A stretch of DNA of 64,000 bases, from positions 15,500,001 to 15,564,000 of the forward strand of contig OX597838.1 in NCBI GenBank assembly GCA_951406725.2, in the 5' to 3' direction. Shown in pieces: positions 1 through 13,213 of this stretch. Position numbers and translations under genes: made by a program. The stretch comes from Octopus vulgaris (Eukaryota). The notes below the pieces were generated by a model, which did not search any database, was not told where the DNA came from, and saw nothing but the letters and a program-made list of their open reading frames with translations. Position 1 is the first letter of the stretch, and each line of letters starts with the position of its first letter.

Positions 1-287
1 AATTTGAAACCTTGCTCTAAATAGAACTAACGCAAGACACAAATCAGTGAAAATACTGACTCACTAAATGTTATGTAAACAACTTGTTGTTTTGATTTCT
101 CTGCCAAATCTGTGCAGCATTTGAAAATTTGTTTTAGTGTGGTTGTGATAGTGGCGGCAGCAAGGAGTAGATGAATAAGGAGTGGGTAAGGAAGGGAAAG
201 TCGAGTGGAGGCTAGTGGTGGAGTGTATTTCACCACCTTTCCTTGATATTTCCTCCTCCAACTGGACATAGTAGCCAGTTTTTTTAG

Positions 288-472
288 CCCTTTCGTTACT
301 GTATTTATTTTGAGATGTTCTGTGTTTCTTTCAATTAATTTAAATATAACAAAGAATTTAGTAAAATAACTTAGTTATCATTAAGGTTTGGTGGAAGATT
401 TTAATTCAAAACTTATGAAAACAAGATATTTGTTACTCGGAGGCGGTTTCGACCGGGTTGGTAACGAAAGGG
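288..472. mobile_element. TTAA-type (piggyBac-like) MITE, family 1
   Basis: TIRs ccctttcgttac / gtaacgaaaggg, flanks ttag / ttaa; homologous to 29680-29903 and 33838-34070. Confidence 0.8.
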
Positions 473-579
473 TTAATGATTACTCTTGTGGTCCTTTTGC
501 TGTGGCTGCTGCTAGTCCAGCACTGCTTACAGGTATGTTGGTTAGGTGTTATATAGACTACAAAGTACCTTGCCCTCTT

Positions 580-1170
580 CCCTATTCTTTTATTTGTTTC
601 AGTTATTAGACTGTGGCTATGCTGGAGCACCACTTAGAAGAATTTTAATCAAATGGATTGACTCCAATATCCATTTCTTAAAGCCTGGTACTTATTCTAT
701 TGGCCTCTTTTACTGAACTGCCAAGTTACTTGGACGTAAACACACCAATATTGGTTATCAAGTAGTGGTGGGGGCAACACACACACACACTATGGACTTC
801 TTTCAATTTCCACCTATTAACCCTTTAGCATTTAAACCGGCCATGTCCAGCCAAAAGTATTCTGCCTGTTTCATGTTCAAACTGGCCAGATCTGGTCTCT
901 CAGACCAACCCTACAATATCGTTTTAAAAATTAACAGCTACCTCATCAAAATCTCATAGCTACAAGATAAGACATGATTAGTTCAAAACAATGTGGATAA
1001 AAAAGCATTAATTTTGGCAGAATGATGCGAACACGAAAGGGTTAGATCCACTCAAGGCTTTGGCTGGCCTGAGGCTATAATAGAAGAAACTTGCCCAATG
1101 TGCCATGCAGTGGCACTGAACCTGGAACCATGTGGTTGGGAAGCAAACTTCTTACCACACAGCCATACCT
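580..1170 (-). mobile_element. tRNA-derived SINE family B, interrupted by a MITE
   Basis: Reverse-complement similarity to 32557-32978; boundaries approximate. Confidence 0.75.
821..1041. mobile_element. TTAA-type (piggyBac-like) MITE, family 2
   Basis: ttaa|cccttt ... aaaggg|ttag; homologous to 10642-11084 and 48408-48629. Confidence 0.8.
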
Positions 1171-1559
1171 CAGAAGGAACAATTTGTAGTAAGGGTGCTG
1201 CCCCACCCTATACACACTTGGGCATATGAAAGCATGCGGAATTAATTTATTTGATGCTGATGATTATGTATGTACTTAATTCATTCATTGGACTCTGACC
1301 ATGCTGGAGCAGTGAAGGATACATTTAACTGAATCAGCTCCAGTACTTATTTTAAAGTCTGGTACTTATTCTATTGGTCTCTTTTGCCAAACTGCTAAGT
1401 TATGGTGATATAAACACACCATACTAGTTATTAAGCAGTGAGAGATATACATAGCTACTTTTTCTAGGAGTGGAATTATCGTATAGAAGCTCTCTCATTG
1501 GCTGTGGGTTTTATTATTCGTGGAACTAATTACTTTTATAATCCAAGTCATGTACTTCA

Positions 1560-1757
1560 AATATTGGCACAAGGCCAGCAATTCCAAGAGAGGGGATAAG
1601 TCAATTACATTGACCCCCCAGTGTTCAACTGCTACTTATTTTATCAACCCTGAAAGGATGAAAGGCAAAGTTGACTTCGGTGGAATTTGAACTCAGAATG
1701 TGAAGACGAACGAAATGCTGTTAAGCATTTTGCCTAGTATGCTAACAACTCTGCCAG
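1560..1757 (-). mobile_element. SINE family A, older copy
   Basis: Reverse complement of the gagttcaaattcc B-box and cctttcatcctttc core. Confidence 0.75.
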
Positions 1758-1787
1758 TTTATGTACTTACCAGTATTGGGATTGCCA

Positions 1788-2169
1788 TGGAGGCGCAATG
1801 GCCCAGTGGTTAGGGCAGCGGACTCGCGGTCGTAGGATCGCAGTTTCGATTCCCAGACCGGGCATTGTGAGTGTTTATTGAGCGAAAACACCTAAAGCTC
1901 CACGAGGCTCCAGCAGGGGATGGTGGTGATCCCTGCTGTACTCTTTCACCACAACTTTCTCTCACTCTTTCTTCCTGTTTCTGTTGTACCTGTATTTCAA
2001 AGGGCCGACCTTGTCACTCTCTGTGTCACGCTGAATATCCCCGAGAACTACGTTGAGGGTACACGTGTCTGTGGAGTGCTCAGCCACTTACACGTTAATT
2101 TCATGAGCAGGCTGTTCCGTTGGTCGGATCAACCAGAACTCTCATCGTCGTAACCGATGGAGTGCTTCC
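1788..2169 (+). mobile_element. tRNA-derived SINE family C, full length with 13-bp TSD
   Basis: tRNA-like head (tggcccagtgg A-box, gtttcgattcc B-box); TSD attgggattgcca at 1775-1787 and 2170-2182; near-identical to 59234-59618. Confidence 0.9.
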
Positions 2170-3984
2170 ATTGGGATTGCCAATGCATTCTTAAACAATT
2201 ATTTTGGAAGATGAAAGCATCGACTCCAATTAAAAAAATGAAAAAGACTTGGATGTAACTTTGATGTGAGCAAATCTTTGTTCACAGCACCTTTGTAAGA
2301 TAGATTTTCATCAATACAAAGCTATTTGTATTATTATTTGGATGAGAGAGAGGGAGAGAGAGAGAGAGAGAAGCATTGATGTAAATGGTTTCGATTAGCA
2401 AAGTAAATCTGCCCTTCAACTATTAACTATCATATACAAAGAATTCTTTTGGCCAAATTCTATTAGCATAGCTGAAACTGTGTTAAAATCCAGCTGTTTC
2501 TTGGCACTGGATATTTCCAGTCTAGATCTTTAGATGTGTGTGTGTGTGTGTGTGTGTGTAATGAGTGGCAAAGGGTGGATAATTTTTTCTTTTTCTTTTG
2601 CTGCAATTATTTTCCCATGCCCTGTCTTAATCATCATCATCATCATTACTATTGCTCTTCGTTTCTCTTTGTAATTACAAAAGGACTAATTTATATTTCA
2701 TTGCCAACTGTTCATTATTATTATTTAAAAAAATTTTTTTGTCTATTTATTTTCTTATTTATCAAAGCCAAGGTCACCTTGAGAAATCAAAATTCCTGCC
2801 ATCTGCAATTTGATTGGCTCATTTAGGGGTTAAACCCTGACCTGTCTTCTTTATTATTATTATTATTATCATCATCATTATTATTATTACATTATTTTTG
2901 GAGTTTCGTTGACATCACATTAATCAATGACCAAACATTGGAATCAGTGTTAAACAACAGCAGCATCCAAGAATAGCAGTTCTTAAAGTCTGATATGGAT
3001 ACACTTCTGTTGTCTTTCTCCCCTACCACCGTCACCTACCACTAGCATCAGATAATGGATGCATAGATAGAATAACAAGTTTCTATAAGCAATGTCTGTG
3101 TGACTATTTGATCCCTCATATTTCGTCTCGATACAAAAGAAGAAAGCTGAAAGTTCTTGGTTTTGGAACATAGAATATAAGAAACCCTGCACTGTGTTAT
3201 ATATAGCATGTAACCATTTATAAAGATTAGCAATTAAAATATATATTTATCTACAATTGATTAATTCTTGAAATGAAATAATGTTTATATTAGATCTGTT
3301 GAGGAAAAGTTATGATCCAGGAGTTAATGAGAGTGCCATTTTGGCATCGCTCAACTTGTTCAATATAGCAGCCAAACTTCCCTCAAATTGCACATTTTAT
3401 TTTTAAAATGACTCATTGTCTCTCTGATATACAAAGACAATGTGATGGTCAAGGCTAGAATAGCCTTTAATCATAGGTCCACTTGATCAAGGCTGACCTG
3501 GAGTTAAAGAATAACGTGTATATGATCCATGAGCCATTCAAGGAGCCTGTATGTAGTTGTTCAACCTGCTGAAAATGATAATCAAAACTTATCTTAAAAA
3601 GAAGGATATATTGGATAATATAGTCTTAATGAAATATGGGATGGTCATGGCTAGAATGCTTTGACTGTTGAATTTGTGCTGACAGGATTGAATGAACAAC
3701 ATTCAAGATATATATATATATGTATGTATGTATGTATGTATATTTGTGTTTGTCCCCCCTGCCACCATTGACACCGATGTTGGTGTGTTTCCATCCCCAT
3801 AACTTAGTGGTTTGGCAAAAGAGACTGATAGAATAAATACTAAGCTACAAAGAATAAGTCTTGGGGTTGATTTGTTTGACTGAAGGTTGGTGACTGAAGC
3901 ATGGATGCTGTCAAATGACTGAAACAAATAAAAGAATTTTATGGTGCTGAATCTTGGACTCTGTACTGAAAGTACATCAGCCAA

Positions 3985-4480
3985 CCTGATGCTTTTCATA
4001 TGCAATGCTTGCATACTATCTCCAACATAAAACTGAGTGACCATATTTGTAACAATAAGTTACTAACAAAATGCAACATATCAAGTACTGAAACCATCCT
4101 CATCAAAATACAGCTTAGATGGTCAGGTCATCTCTCATGTTTAGTAATATCAGAATTCCGAAGCAACTTCTCTTTGGCCGATTCCCAACAGGAAGGTCAG
4201 TTGGAAGGCCACTCTTGCACTTCAGAGACAAACTAAAAGACAATCTGAAGTGATGCAACATTCCCTTTTCTTCCTGGGAAAACAAAGCATCAGAATGCAG
4301 GACCTGACAACAATCCTGCTTCCCCTCAGTTCAAAGATTTGAGCAAAGTCAACTCCAACTTTGGGACCATCTTCGTGCAAGCAAGAAGGCACACTGGCAA
4401 AATGCTACTCCTCTAAGTGGAAACCATACCTGTCATTGTGGTTTTGTGGCATGAAGCAAAGCAGGCCTTGCCATCCACTC
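3985..4480 (+). mobile_element. Degenerate RTE-clade LINE 3' fragment
   Basis: Translation ..ISSTETILIKIQLRWSGHL.. resembles the RTE C-terminal LRW.GH motif; stops and frameshifts present. Confidence 0.65.
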
Positions 4481-5798
4481 AAGAAAACACAGTAAATGAT
4501 CCACAAGCATTCGAGCAAACTGAGTCTTCAGTTTGTTTCTTTGCCAAAAGGTTTGCAAGGCACCAGCAGGCCTCAAGAGACGCATTTGTGTCCATAGAAC
4601 ATGATTAATGCTTTATTTTACTGAACTCTCATTCGTTGTTCACAAGAGAAGCCACCACACACACAAGTATGCATGCATGCACCACAGGCTTCTTCCAGTT
4701 TCTGTCTACCGAATCCTCTCACAAGGCTTTGGTTGGCCCAAGGCAATAGTAGAAGACACTTGCTCAAGTGGGACTGAACTTGGAACCAGTCAAACACTTA
4801 TGAGTGGATTTGGTAGACAGAAACTGTAGGAAGCCTGTCATATATATATGTGTGTGTGTGTGTGTACATATCTAAGAGTATCTGTGTTTTGTTTCCCACC
4901 ACTGCTTGACAACTGGTGTTGGTGTGCTTATTTCCCTGTAACTTCGTGATTCAGCAAAAGAGACTGACAGAATAAGTACCCAGCTTTACAAAAATAAGTC
5001 CTGGGGATGATTTGTTTGACTAAAACACTTCGAGTGGGGTACCCTAGCATGGTTGTTGTCAAATGACTGAAACAAATAAAATATATATTAAGGCCACTGC
5101 TGTCATTTTTGCATTTACATCACAGATACTCATTATGATTATGATAATGGCAGTGCTAGAGATGGTGGCGATAGTGGTGGAGTTGGTTCTAATTTCAGTA
5201 CTTAATTATGCATAATCAGATCTGTGAAACATGAAAGGCTTTTTGTAGCCAAATTTCTCAAGAGAATGGACCGTCTGTCCATTTCAGTTACTTTCAAAAA
5301 TAGCCAATACATTTATTGGTATTTGTTAATCAGTTAAGGGTTAACTAATTAATTTGTTTTAATTTCACAACTCATTGAGATTGGAGAATGGAGTTTTCTC
5401 TGTTTCTGCGTCATGAGTCTCTCTCTTTCAAACATGTACATTAGCTACATGAATATAATATGCAGCAGTTGAATTAATTTGAAAGAAAGTGCATAGTTGC
5501 TTGGCTTGTTAGAAATAGCGGCCAAATCTTACTCAAATCGTACCTTATTGTCTTAGAAAAGAACACATATAATGTAGACTTAGAGGAAAAGGAAGATGAG
5601 ATGGTTGGAATGTTGTTTTTTTTTTTTAAATCATAGGTCTGGTTCATAAGAGTCTATAAGAGGACTTGATATGCTAGAAATAGGTGCCAAATCCCTTTCA
5701 GTAAATATTTCTTACATTGTTACAAGAAGCAAATAATGTAAATTATATCATTGGGGGTGGTGGATTAGAATTGTTAGCACATTGGACAAAATGCTGCA

Positions 5799-6025
5799 TG
5801 GCAGAAACGTTAGCACGCCGGGCGAAATGCGTAGCCGTATTTCGTCTGTCGTTACGTTGTGAGTTCAAATTCCGCCGAGGTCGACTTTGCCTTTCATCCT
5901 TTCGGGGTCGATAAATTAAGTACCAGTTACGCACTGGAGTCGATGTAATCGACTTAATACCTATGTCTGTCCTTGTTTGTCCCCTCAGTGCTTAGCCCCT
6001 TGTGGGTAATAAAGAAATAGAAATA
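5799..6025 (+). mobile_element. tRNA-derived SINE family A, young copy
   Basis: tggcagaaacg A-box-like, gagttcaaattcc B-box, core gcctttcatcctttcggggtcgata; many near-identical copies in the window. Confidence 0.88.
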
Positions 6026-6284
6026 GGTATTTATTTTGGCTTTTTCAGTTCGGCTGAATTTAGGTTTGCCTTTCATCCTTCAGGATAAAATAAAGTACCA
6101 GTGAAGTACTGGGGCCGATTTAATAAACTAACTTTCCCCTCTAAATTCCAGCTCTTGTGCCTATATTAGAATTAGTTATTGGTGATGATGGTGTCGGAAG
6201 TTTAAATGTTTAGGGTGGGTTGGCTCCTTTTGGAAGTGAGCTTTTTTTCTAAATTACATGTAATTTTTTCTTCTCTAATGACAG

Positions 6285-6367
6285 GGCCAAATACCATAAA
6301 TTAAAGTATGGAACTGATCTCAACCAAGATGAACTAAAACCACCAGCATTTGATAAGAAAAATGAAG
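6285..6367 (+). CDS. STRN3: Striatin-family gene, internal exon (end of N-terminal coiled coil): (R)AKYHKLKYGTDLNQDELKPPAFDKKNE
   Basis: Pyrimidine tract + acag acceptor, gtaagt donor; 83 nt, phase 2 to 1. AKYHKLKYGT.LNQ is the conserved striatin motif as I recall it. The symbol is nominal, since invertebrates have a single STRN/STRN3/STRN4 pro-orthologue. Confidence 0.95.
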
Positions 6368-6979
6368 GTAAGTTACTTTGATTGTTGACTGTCTGTGTCT
6401 CTGTCCGTTGTGTTGTTTGTCTCATGTAGTGTTGGTCACTGCATGTTTTGTCCCACAATTACCTATTCTGTTATTAGGTGTTTTCATCGAGGCATTTGAC
6501 TCAGAGTGGAGGAGCTAATGAGAAAGCCAATGTATATAGTCAATGTATATAGTCACTTCACTTTCTAGAAATAGCAACCAGATCTTCCTTAAATCTATGC
6601 CAGCATGGAAAGTGGATATTAAAAATTGTTGACAGGATGGTCATGACTGGAATGGCTAGTTCAGAGTTGACTTGACTTGGGATTAAACATCGGCGATGAC
6701 AAACAAAAGAAATAATGAAATACCTCTGAGAATGAGTCAACAGTTGGAACTCGACAAGAGTCCACAGCATTCCATTTCCACTTCATTCCATTTTGATGAT
6801 GGAGCATCAGACTAAAAATGCACTGAGTTATGGAATTGTCCTTTGAAGTTGAAGAGTTGGAGTTGGGCGGTGGTGAGCAATAGCAGCTGGGTTTCAATCT
6901 TCACTCACACCACTCACTTCAAAGTGCCAGTCTCTCTGCTTTGTCATCAACTGACATTTCAGGATTGTAATTCTGATTT

Positions 6980-7260
6980 ATGTTGTTGTTGTTGTTGTTG
7001 GTGGTGGTGGTGTTATTGTTGTTGTTGGTGTGTGTGTGTGTGTTGGGGGGTGCACGCTTGTGTATATGTGTGTGTATTTGCTTGTTGTGTGTATTGTATG
7101 TACCTTTGTGTGCATGTATGCATGTACATGCATGCATGTGTGTGTGCATGTATATATATATATATGTGTGTATGTATACATTCACACACACATACACACA
7201 TGTATCTATGAGTATGAATGTAAATGTGTGTGTACATCCACAAACATTATACATACATTA
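6980..7260. repeat. Compound microsatellite (TTG/TGG/TG/TA/CA)
   Basis: Seen directly; source of several spurious ORFs. Confidence 0.9.
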
Positions 7261-7828
7261 AACTAGCAGCAACATTAAATAACCACACACCCACAAACAA
7301 ATCTATTATTTGTTCAGTATTTCTCAGTACCCGCACATCACCACCTCCCTCATTCACTGCTGTTCTTTCGAATTAGCCTTCATTTCAGAAAATATTCTTT
7401 GATTTCCTATTTCAGCTCTCTCTTTCCCCTGTCTTCCTACCTTCCCCCGCATATACTTTTGGTTAATGTCTACTTAACTGTCCTCGTCTCCTATTTAACT
7501 CGGAGTGGTGCCGGGTAGCAATGGATAACAAACTAGGTAATGTTATCAAGTGCTTTATGATCCTCTTGGTCTTCCATTCCTGCAATGGGAAAACGATCAC
7601 CAGTAATATACACTGGTCAGTCAACTATTTGTTTGGCATTTGGTATCAACAATGGAAATCTCTTACATCATTCCCTACTGTTTTAAGAGAAGAGGGACAC
7701 ATCGGATAATATAGTCCAAGATAAGTTGCAGACGTGGTTGTGTAGTTAAGAAGTTTGCTTCCTAACCACATAGTTTCGAGTTTGTCCTAATGTGTGGCAC
7801 TGTGGTAACTGTCTTTTACTATAGCCCC

Positions 7829-8152
7829 ATCATTCATCATTATTGTTCGACCGTGGTCGAGACAATGGAATTTACCATGCTACGCCAGACTTCACGGTCC
7901 ATCATAGCATTATGGAGGTCCTGTTGCTGGATGCCTGTATCCCTGGAGATTACATCAGGGTAGGAGAGTGTGCGCCCTCTGGTATTGCGAGTAGATGGCT
8001 TCCAGAGGAGAAGAGTAGAAATTGCCTCTTTTTCAGCTCTACAACAATGTCCAGCAAACTGGACTCTCCTACCTTTCACAAGAGATGACACAGGTGGTAG
8101 TTTCCCATATATTTGCATTTTGGTTGGATGACGCTTCCACGAGAGATTTTGA
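7829..8152 (-). mobile_element. RTE-clade LINE 3' end inserted in a family B SINE
   Basis: Open frame ..KGRRVQFAGHCCR..MMDREVWRSMV..* followed by a (tga)-type tail; SINE halves on both sides. Confidence 0.8.
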
Positions 8153-8364
8153 GCTCTTGTGAATGGACTTGGTAGATGGAAACTGAAAAATGCTTGTCGT
8201 CTGTGTGTGTGCACATGCATGTGCATAACCTTGTTTTGCTATGACATGGTGCATGTAAATGAGTGTTACTCTCTTACAAGCAATGTCATAGTTTTCTAGT
8301 ATTCTGCAAAAACACATTTTTGCATTGTGAAATATTATTTTGCTTGGAAACGAGTGAAGGCTGA

Positions 8365-8730
8365 TACTTGTTTCAGTCATTTGACTGTGGCCATGCTGGA
8401 GCACTGCCTTTTAGTTGAATAATCGACCCCTGGACTTATTCTCTGCAAGACTGGTGTTTATTCTATTGGTCTCTTATGCCAAACTGTTAAGTTATGGGGA
8501 CATAAACATACCAACATAGGTTGTCAAGTGATAGTGGTGAGGATGAACACACACATAAATATATAAATACATATGTGATGGGCTGCTTTCAGTTTCTGTC
8601 TACCAAATCCTCTCACAAGGCTTTGGTTGGACCAAGGCTAGAGTAGAAGATAGTTGTCCAAGGTGCCACGCAGTGGGACAGAACCTGGAACCATGTGGTT
8701 GGGAAGCAAGCTTCTTACCACAAAGCTACA
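8365..8730 (-). mobile_element. SINE family B
   Basis: Near full-length reverse complement of 32557-32978. Confidence 0.8.
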
Positions 8731-9289
8731 CCCTTGCCTATTGTATATTATTCCTTTTGAAGACCTTAGCATGTGACGTTGGGAGGATTTGGTTGTTATA
8801 TTTTTATAAATCAAGTGATCCCACATGAATTTTCTCCATGGGTAGCTGTCTAGCAGCAGAAAGTAGTCATCTTGGTTAGTCACCAGCTCATCACTGCGGC
8901 CCATCATTCTCACCAGATGTTGCATAAAGGGAGTATGTGGTGAAGTCAGTTCCTAAGGGGTTTGATCTCTGATGAGTGGCTGTGAAGCAGATCTGTTCAA
9001 CTCACCATTGTAACAGTAAATTGGGTTTCAAGACTTTGATGATGATTATGCAATGAAGCTGTGAACTTTGTTGTTAAGACCCATGTCAGGCCTGAGTTAT
9101 CATACCTATGATCAAAGGTATTCCAATTATGTCAATTGTGTATTTCCCTTTTTTGAGACTTCTAATTCTGATTTATTGAAGATTTGGCTTCTATTTCTAG
9201 CTTACAGCTCAATCTATTCACCATTCATTTACAACAGAACTTAGTAGATTGAAGTGTGTTATTTGCAATAGAAATGTGTAGCTATCTAT

Positions 9290-9540
9290 AGTCAACATAT
9301 TTGAGCTACTAGTTAACTAATAACTAGTATTTAAGTAGTAGCTTATATTGATCTCAACATATTTGAGCTATCAGTTAACTACCAATTAGTTAATCAGCAC
9401 CTTCTATTGATCTCAGCATAGTGGAAGAAACGCTTAACTATTATTTAATTAGTCATTATTAGTAGTGGAGATACCAATTAATTTATTAGTAGTTTATGTA
9501 GATCTCAACGTAGTGGAGGAACCAGTTAACTACTAATTAG
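9290..9540. repeat. Degenerate ~60-bp tandem repeat
   Basis: Recurrent gatctcaac..t ... agttaacta ... attagt units. Confidence 0.55.
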
Positions 9541-9929
9541 TACAGGAATATCCCACATTTTAGAAGTAAGAATCTTGTGTTAACAGGGAGCTCTGTAATG
9601 TGAAATGAGTTTTCTCTTTGATTTTGTAACATGGAGGTCAAAAGAAAAAATAGGTTTCGCATTATGGAATTCCACATTATAGCAAAACTTTCAGGAATGC
9701 AGCACTTCTGTAACTTGAAGGAAGCCTGTATTTTATATTGTTCTCATTGTAGTGGGGGTACTATTTAATTGTTAATTAGAAGTTTATATCGATCTCAGTT
9801 TTGTATTTAAATGATAATTTCATTTTACAACTGAATCACATTTTGCAATGATGAGAACATACATTGTGTCTGTATTGTATATCTGGAGTACTGTGTGTTT
9901 TGCATGAGTATGTAACTGCAGACTGGATG

Positions 9930-10560
9930 GCAATTTATTTAACATCAAGAAGCTCCACAGAACCACCAAACTCTGTAGAGAACAGGTCTTGGAGATGCAG
10001 TATGCAAATAACTGTGCTCATGTGATCCTCACTTAAGAGGATCTTCAAATTATGCTTGCTGTAATGGCAAGAGTGTATAGCTGGGTGGAGTTGACTGTCA
10101 ATCACCGTGACAGAAGTGGGGTGCCAATGGAACATCAGTGTCTCATTTATTCAACCTGCCCTCACTGTTGGGGATGATCAAATGTCTAAAGAGCATTGTC
10201 CCTGAGGATGATGACAACCAGAGTCACATCAAACAAGCTTCATGCCACCTTTGGAAGACTTAGGTGCAGAGTCTTTCAGGATAAGAGATTTCATTTCTCA
10301 CTCTACTCTGTCAAATACGGTCAGTATATGTCACCACCCTCCTCTATTGCTGTGAAGCTTGGGTAACCTACATCTGTTACATTAGACCTTTAGAGTGCTT
10401 CCACAATGGGCTGCCTCCTGCACACTTTAAAGATTAACTGGTATCATTGGGTGCTTCACATTGAAATGCTTGCAAAGGACCAACTGACAAAGTATCAAAG
10501 GTGTGATCACCCAGTGTGAACTGGAGCACATGATAAAGACACCGCCTTGTTTGTTGTCCT
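9930..10560 (+). mobile_element. Highly degenerate RTE-like LINE fragment
   Basis: Remnants such as accctcctctattgctgtgaagcttgg (TLLYCCEAW) typical of the region downstream of RTE reverse transcriptase. Confidence 0.5.
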
Positions 10561-10641
10561 CTTGAGTGGCAAAGGACCAGTTACACTATGGCTGATGCTA
10601 AGTTGTAATGCCAAAGAAGGATCAGATGAAGAATGCTTTAA

Positions 10642-11084
10642 CCCTTCAGCATTCAGCTTTCTCTGTCAAATGTAATCCTCAATCATTCACTTCAATTCCA
10701 ATTCATCATGCTTTATCTTGTAGCTTTGAGGTTTCATTGACATGATTGTTTATTTTTAGAATGATATTGTAGGCTAAGTGTGAAAGGCTGGATCTGGCCA
10801 GTTTGAAGATAAAGTGGGTAGAACATTTCAACTGGATATGGCCAGTTTAACCCTTTAGTGTTCAGATTATTCTATCAAACATAATGCTTATTGATTCCCA
10901 TTGATTTGAATTAATCATGCATTATCTCATATCTTCAAGATCTTGATGGTGTAATTACTTAATGTAGAATAACATTGTAGGGTAGGTGTGAGAGCCTGGA
11001 TCTGGTCAGTTTGAACATAAAACAGATTAACTATTTTGGCCGGATATGGCCGGTTTAAATACTAAAGGGTTAAATGCTAAAGGG
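10642..11084. mobile_element. Nested pair of family 2 TTAA MITEs (inner copy 10851-11069)
   Basis: Inner copy flanked by TTAA at 10847-10850 and 11070-11073, splitting the right end of the outer copy. Confidence 0.88.
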
Positions 11085-11989
11085 TTCAGGAAATGGTAGA
11101 TCAGATCTGAGGCCTAAATGATGTTGCTGCTGGCCATACCACTCTTGAGTAGAGATTGGGTCTGTATGCTGGAGATGGAGAAGACAATCAGAAGGCAGTA
11201 GAAGAGTGCCAGGAATGCTGCAGTCATAGATATTACCATTACTGTTGTCACACCACCACCCACCACCAATATTACTTGTACATGCCCCACCTTCAATTAA
11301 AACTTGTGAGTTCAAGAAATGACTATTCATCCAAAGAATCTCATTAAGGGAGTGACTGTCATTGGATTTTGCTAGACAGCTCTAACATATGTTGTGTGTG
11401 TGTGTGTGTGTCTATGTGTGTATATATATATGTATATATATGAATGAATAAATCTATCTCTGTCCGTCTGCGTAAGTATATGTATGATGTGTGTGCAATG
11501 TGCCTGTATGTATCTATGTGATGTAGTGTGCTTCTGTTTGATGCGGATATGTTAGATGTATTTTTCATGTGATAGGTTGCTATAGGAACGAAACACCCTG
11601 AAGCATTGACATTGTAGTTGAAAGAAGAAGAAAATTTTATTCCAAACATCTTATAATTATTTCCTTCTGCCCTCTCTCTCTCTCTCTCTCCTCTCTCTCA
11701 CTTCTCTCCTCCCTGTGGTCACTATCTCTACTATTGTATACAACCACATATATATACACAAAATCTACCTCATCCTGCCACACCCTCTCATACTGACACT
11801 CTCTTTCACGATAAACCACCTCACATAATCCGACCCCACGAACCATGCTCCCCACTTTCTCTACGTTACTATATTACTATTGACCCTGTTGTTTTAACCA
11901 TTTGCAGCCGACTCCCAGATCCTCTTCCTGGACAACCACTGCATTTAATGCTGCACTTTAGTGCAGCTCTTACTAAGCACTTGATGACA

Positions 11990-12232
11990 CTTGCTAAGAA
12001 CGGCAACTGCAGTAGCAACAGGGGGAGTAATGATAGTAAGAACAATAGTATTGGTGATGGTGATAGTAGTAACAACTGTTGTGGCAGCAGTCATAAGAGC
12101 AGCCACTGTAGTAGCAGTTGTAGTAGTAATGATAGCAGCAACGGTAGTGGTAGCAGTGGCGGTAGCAGCAACAGTAGTAACACAGTATAATAGTAATTGT
12201 ACTCTCTCATCTCTGTCTGTCTGTCTATCTAC

Positions 12233-12289
<57 letters not shown>

Positions 12290-12360
12290 CTTCCTCCCCC
12301 TCTCTATATCTCTCTATGTATACACACATATGCAGTGTGTGTGTGTGTGTGTTTAGTTTT
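11990..12360. repeat. Cryptic (AGT/AGC)n tract, (CTAT)n and (TG)n microsatellites
   Basis: Seen directly. Confidence 0.85.
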
Positions 12361-13165
12361 CACCTCTCCTCTGTTCTCTTACTCTTTCCCATCTCTGTCC
12401 TTTCTCCTTCCTCTCCTCCCTTCCCTTCTTAATGTCTCCCATCATCCATCTTCTATAATCTCATCTCTCTCTCTCTTTCCCTACATCTCTCTCTGTTTCT
12501 CTTCATTTCTTTCTCTCCATCGCCCTTTCCTTTATTCTCTCTCTTCCTGTATATCCCTCCCCCTCTCTTACAACTTCTATCTTCACTTCATTCTTTCACT
12601 ACATATTAATATTGTTGGTTGTGTTGCATTGTATTGTAAGTGTGTGTGTGTGTGTGTGTGTGTGTTTTTCTACAATCTTTGCTATGGCACTGAGGTAATA
12701 ACTCACTTATTGATTCACATCCAAACTCATTTTGGAAACAACCAATCGAATGCATTTTTATTTATTTGTCTATCTATTTCTTTGTGTGTGTGTCTCTCTC
12801 TCTCTCTTATTCATGGTGTGTGTGTGTGTGCTTGTGTGTAATCATCACCACATCAGCTATTCCATACTTCCATGGATGTATTGACCAAGTTTTCTGAGGT
12901 AGCATTTTATGGCTTGGTGTCCTTTTTGTCACCAGCCTTCTTCATGTCTGTTGTTACGTTCTGAGTTCAAATTCCGCCGAGGTCGACTTTGCCTTTCATC
13001 CTTTTTGGGGGTCGATAAATAAAGTACTAGTTTCGCACTGGCGTCGATGTAATCGACTTAATCCCTTTGTCTGTCCTTTTTTCCCCCTCTGTGTTTAACC
13101 CCTTGTGGGTGGTAAAGAAATATATGAAGCATAAAGACATAGTGTATGTATTTTAAAATTGGGAT

Positions 13166-13213
<48 letters not shown>

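Noticed and set aside
1789-1862. tRNA-like sequence
   Set aside because: Head of a multi-copy SINE with TSDs; no proper acceptor stem.
9541-9730. Possible Tigger/pogo-like MITE (tacagg ... cctgta)
   Set aside because: TIR match too weak to support.
11948-12190. Ser/Asn/Gly-rich ORF
   Set aside because: Cryptic trinucleotide repeat with no splice signals linking it to the gene.
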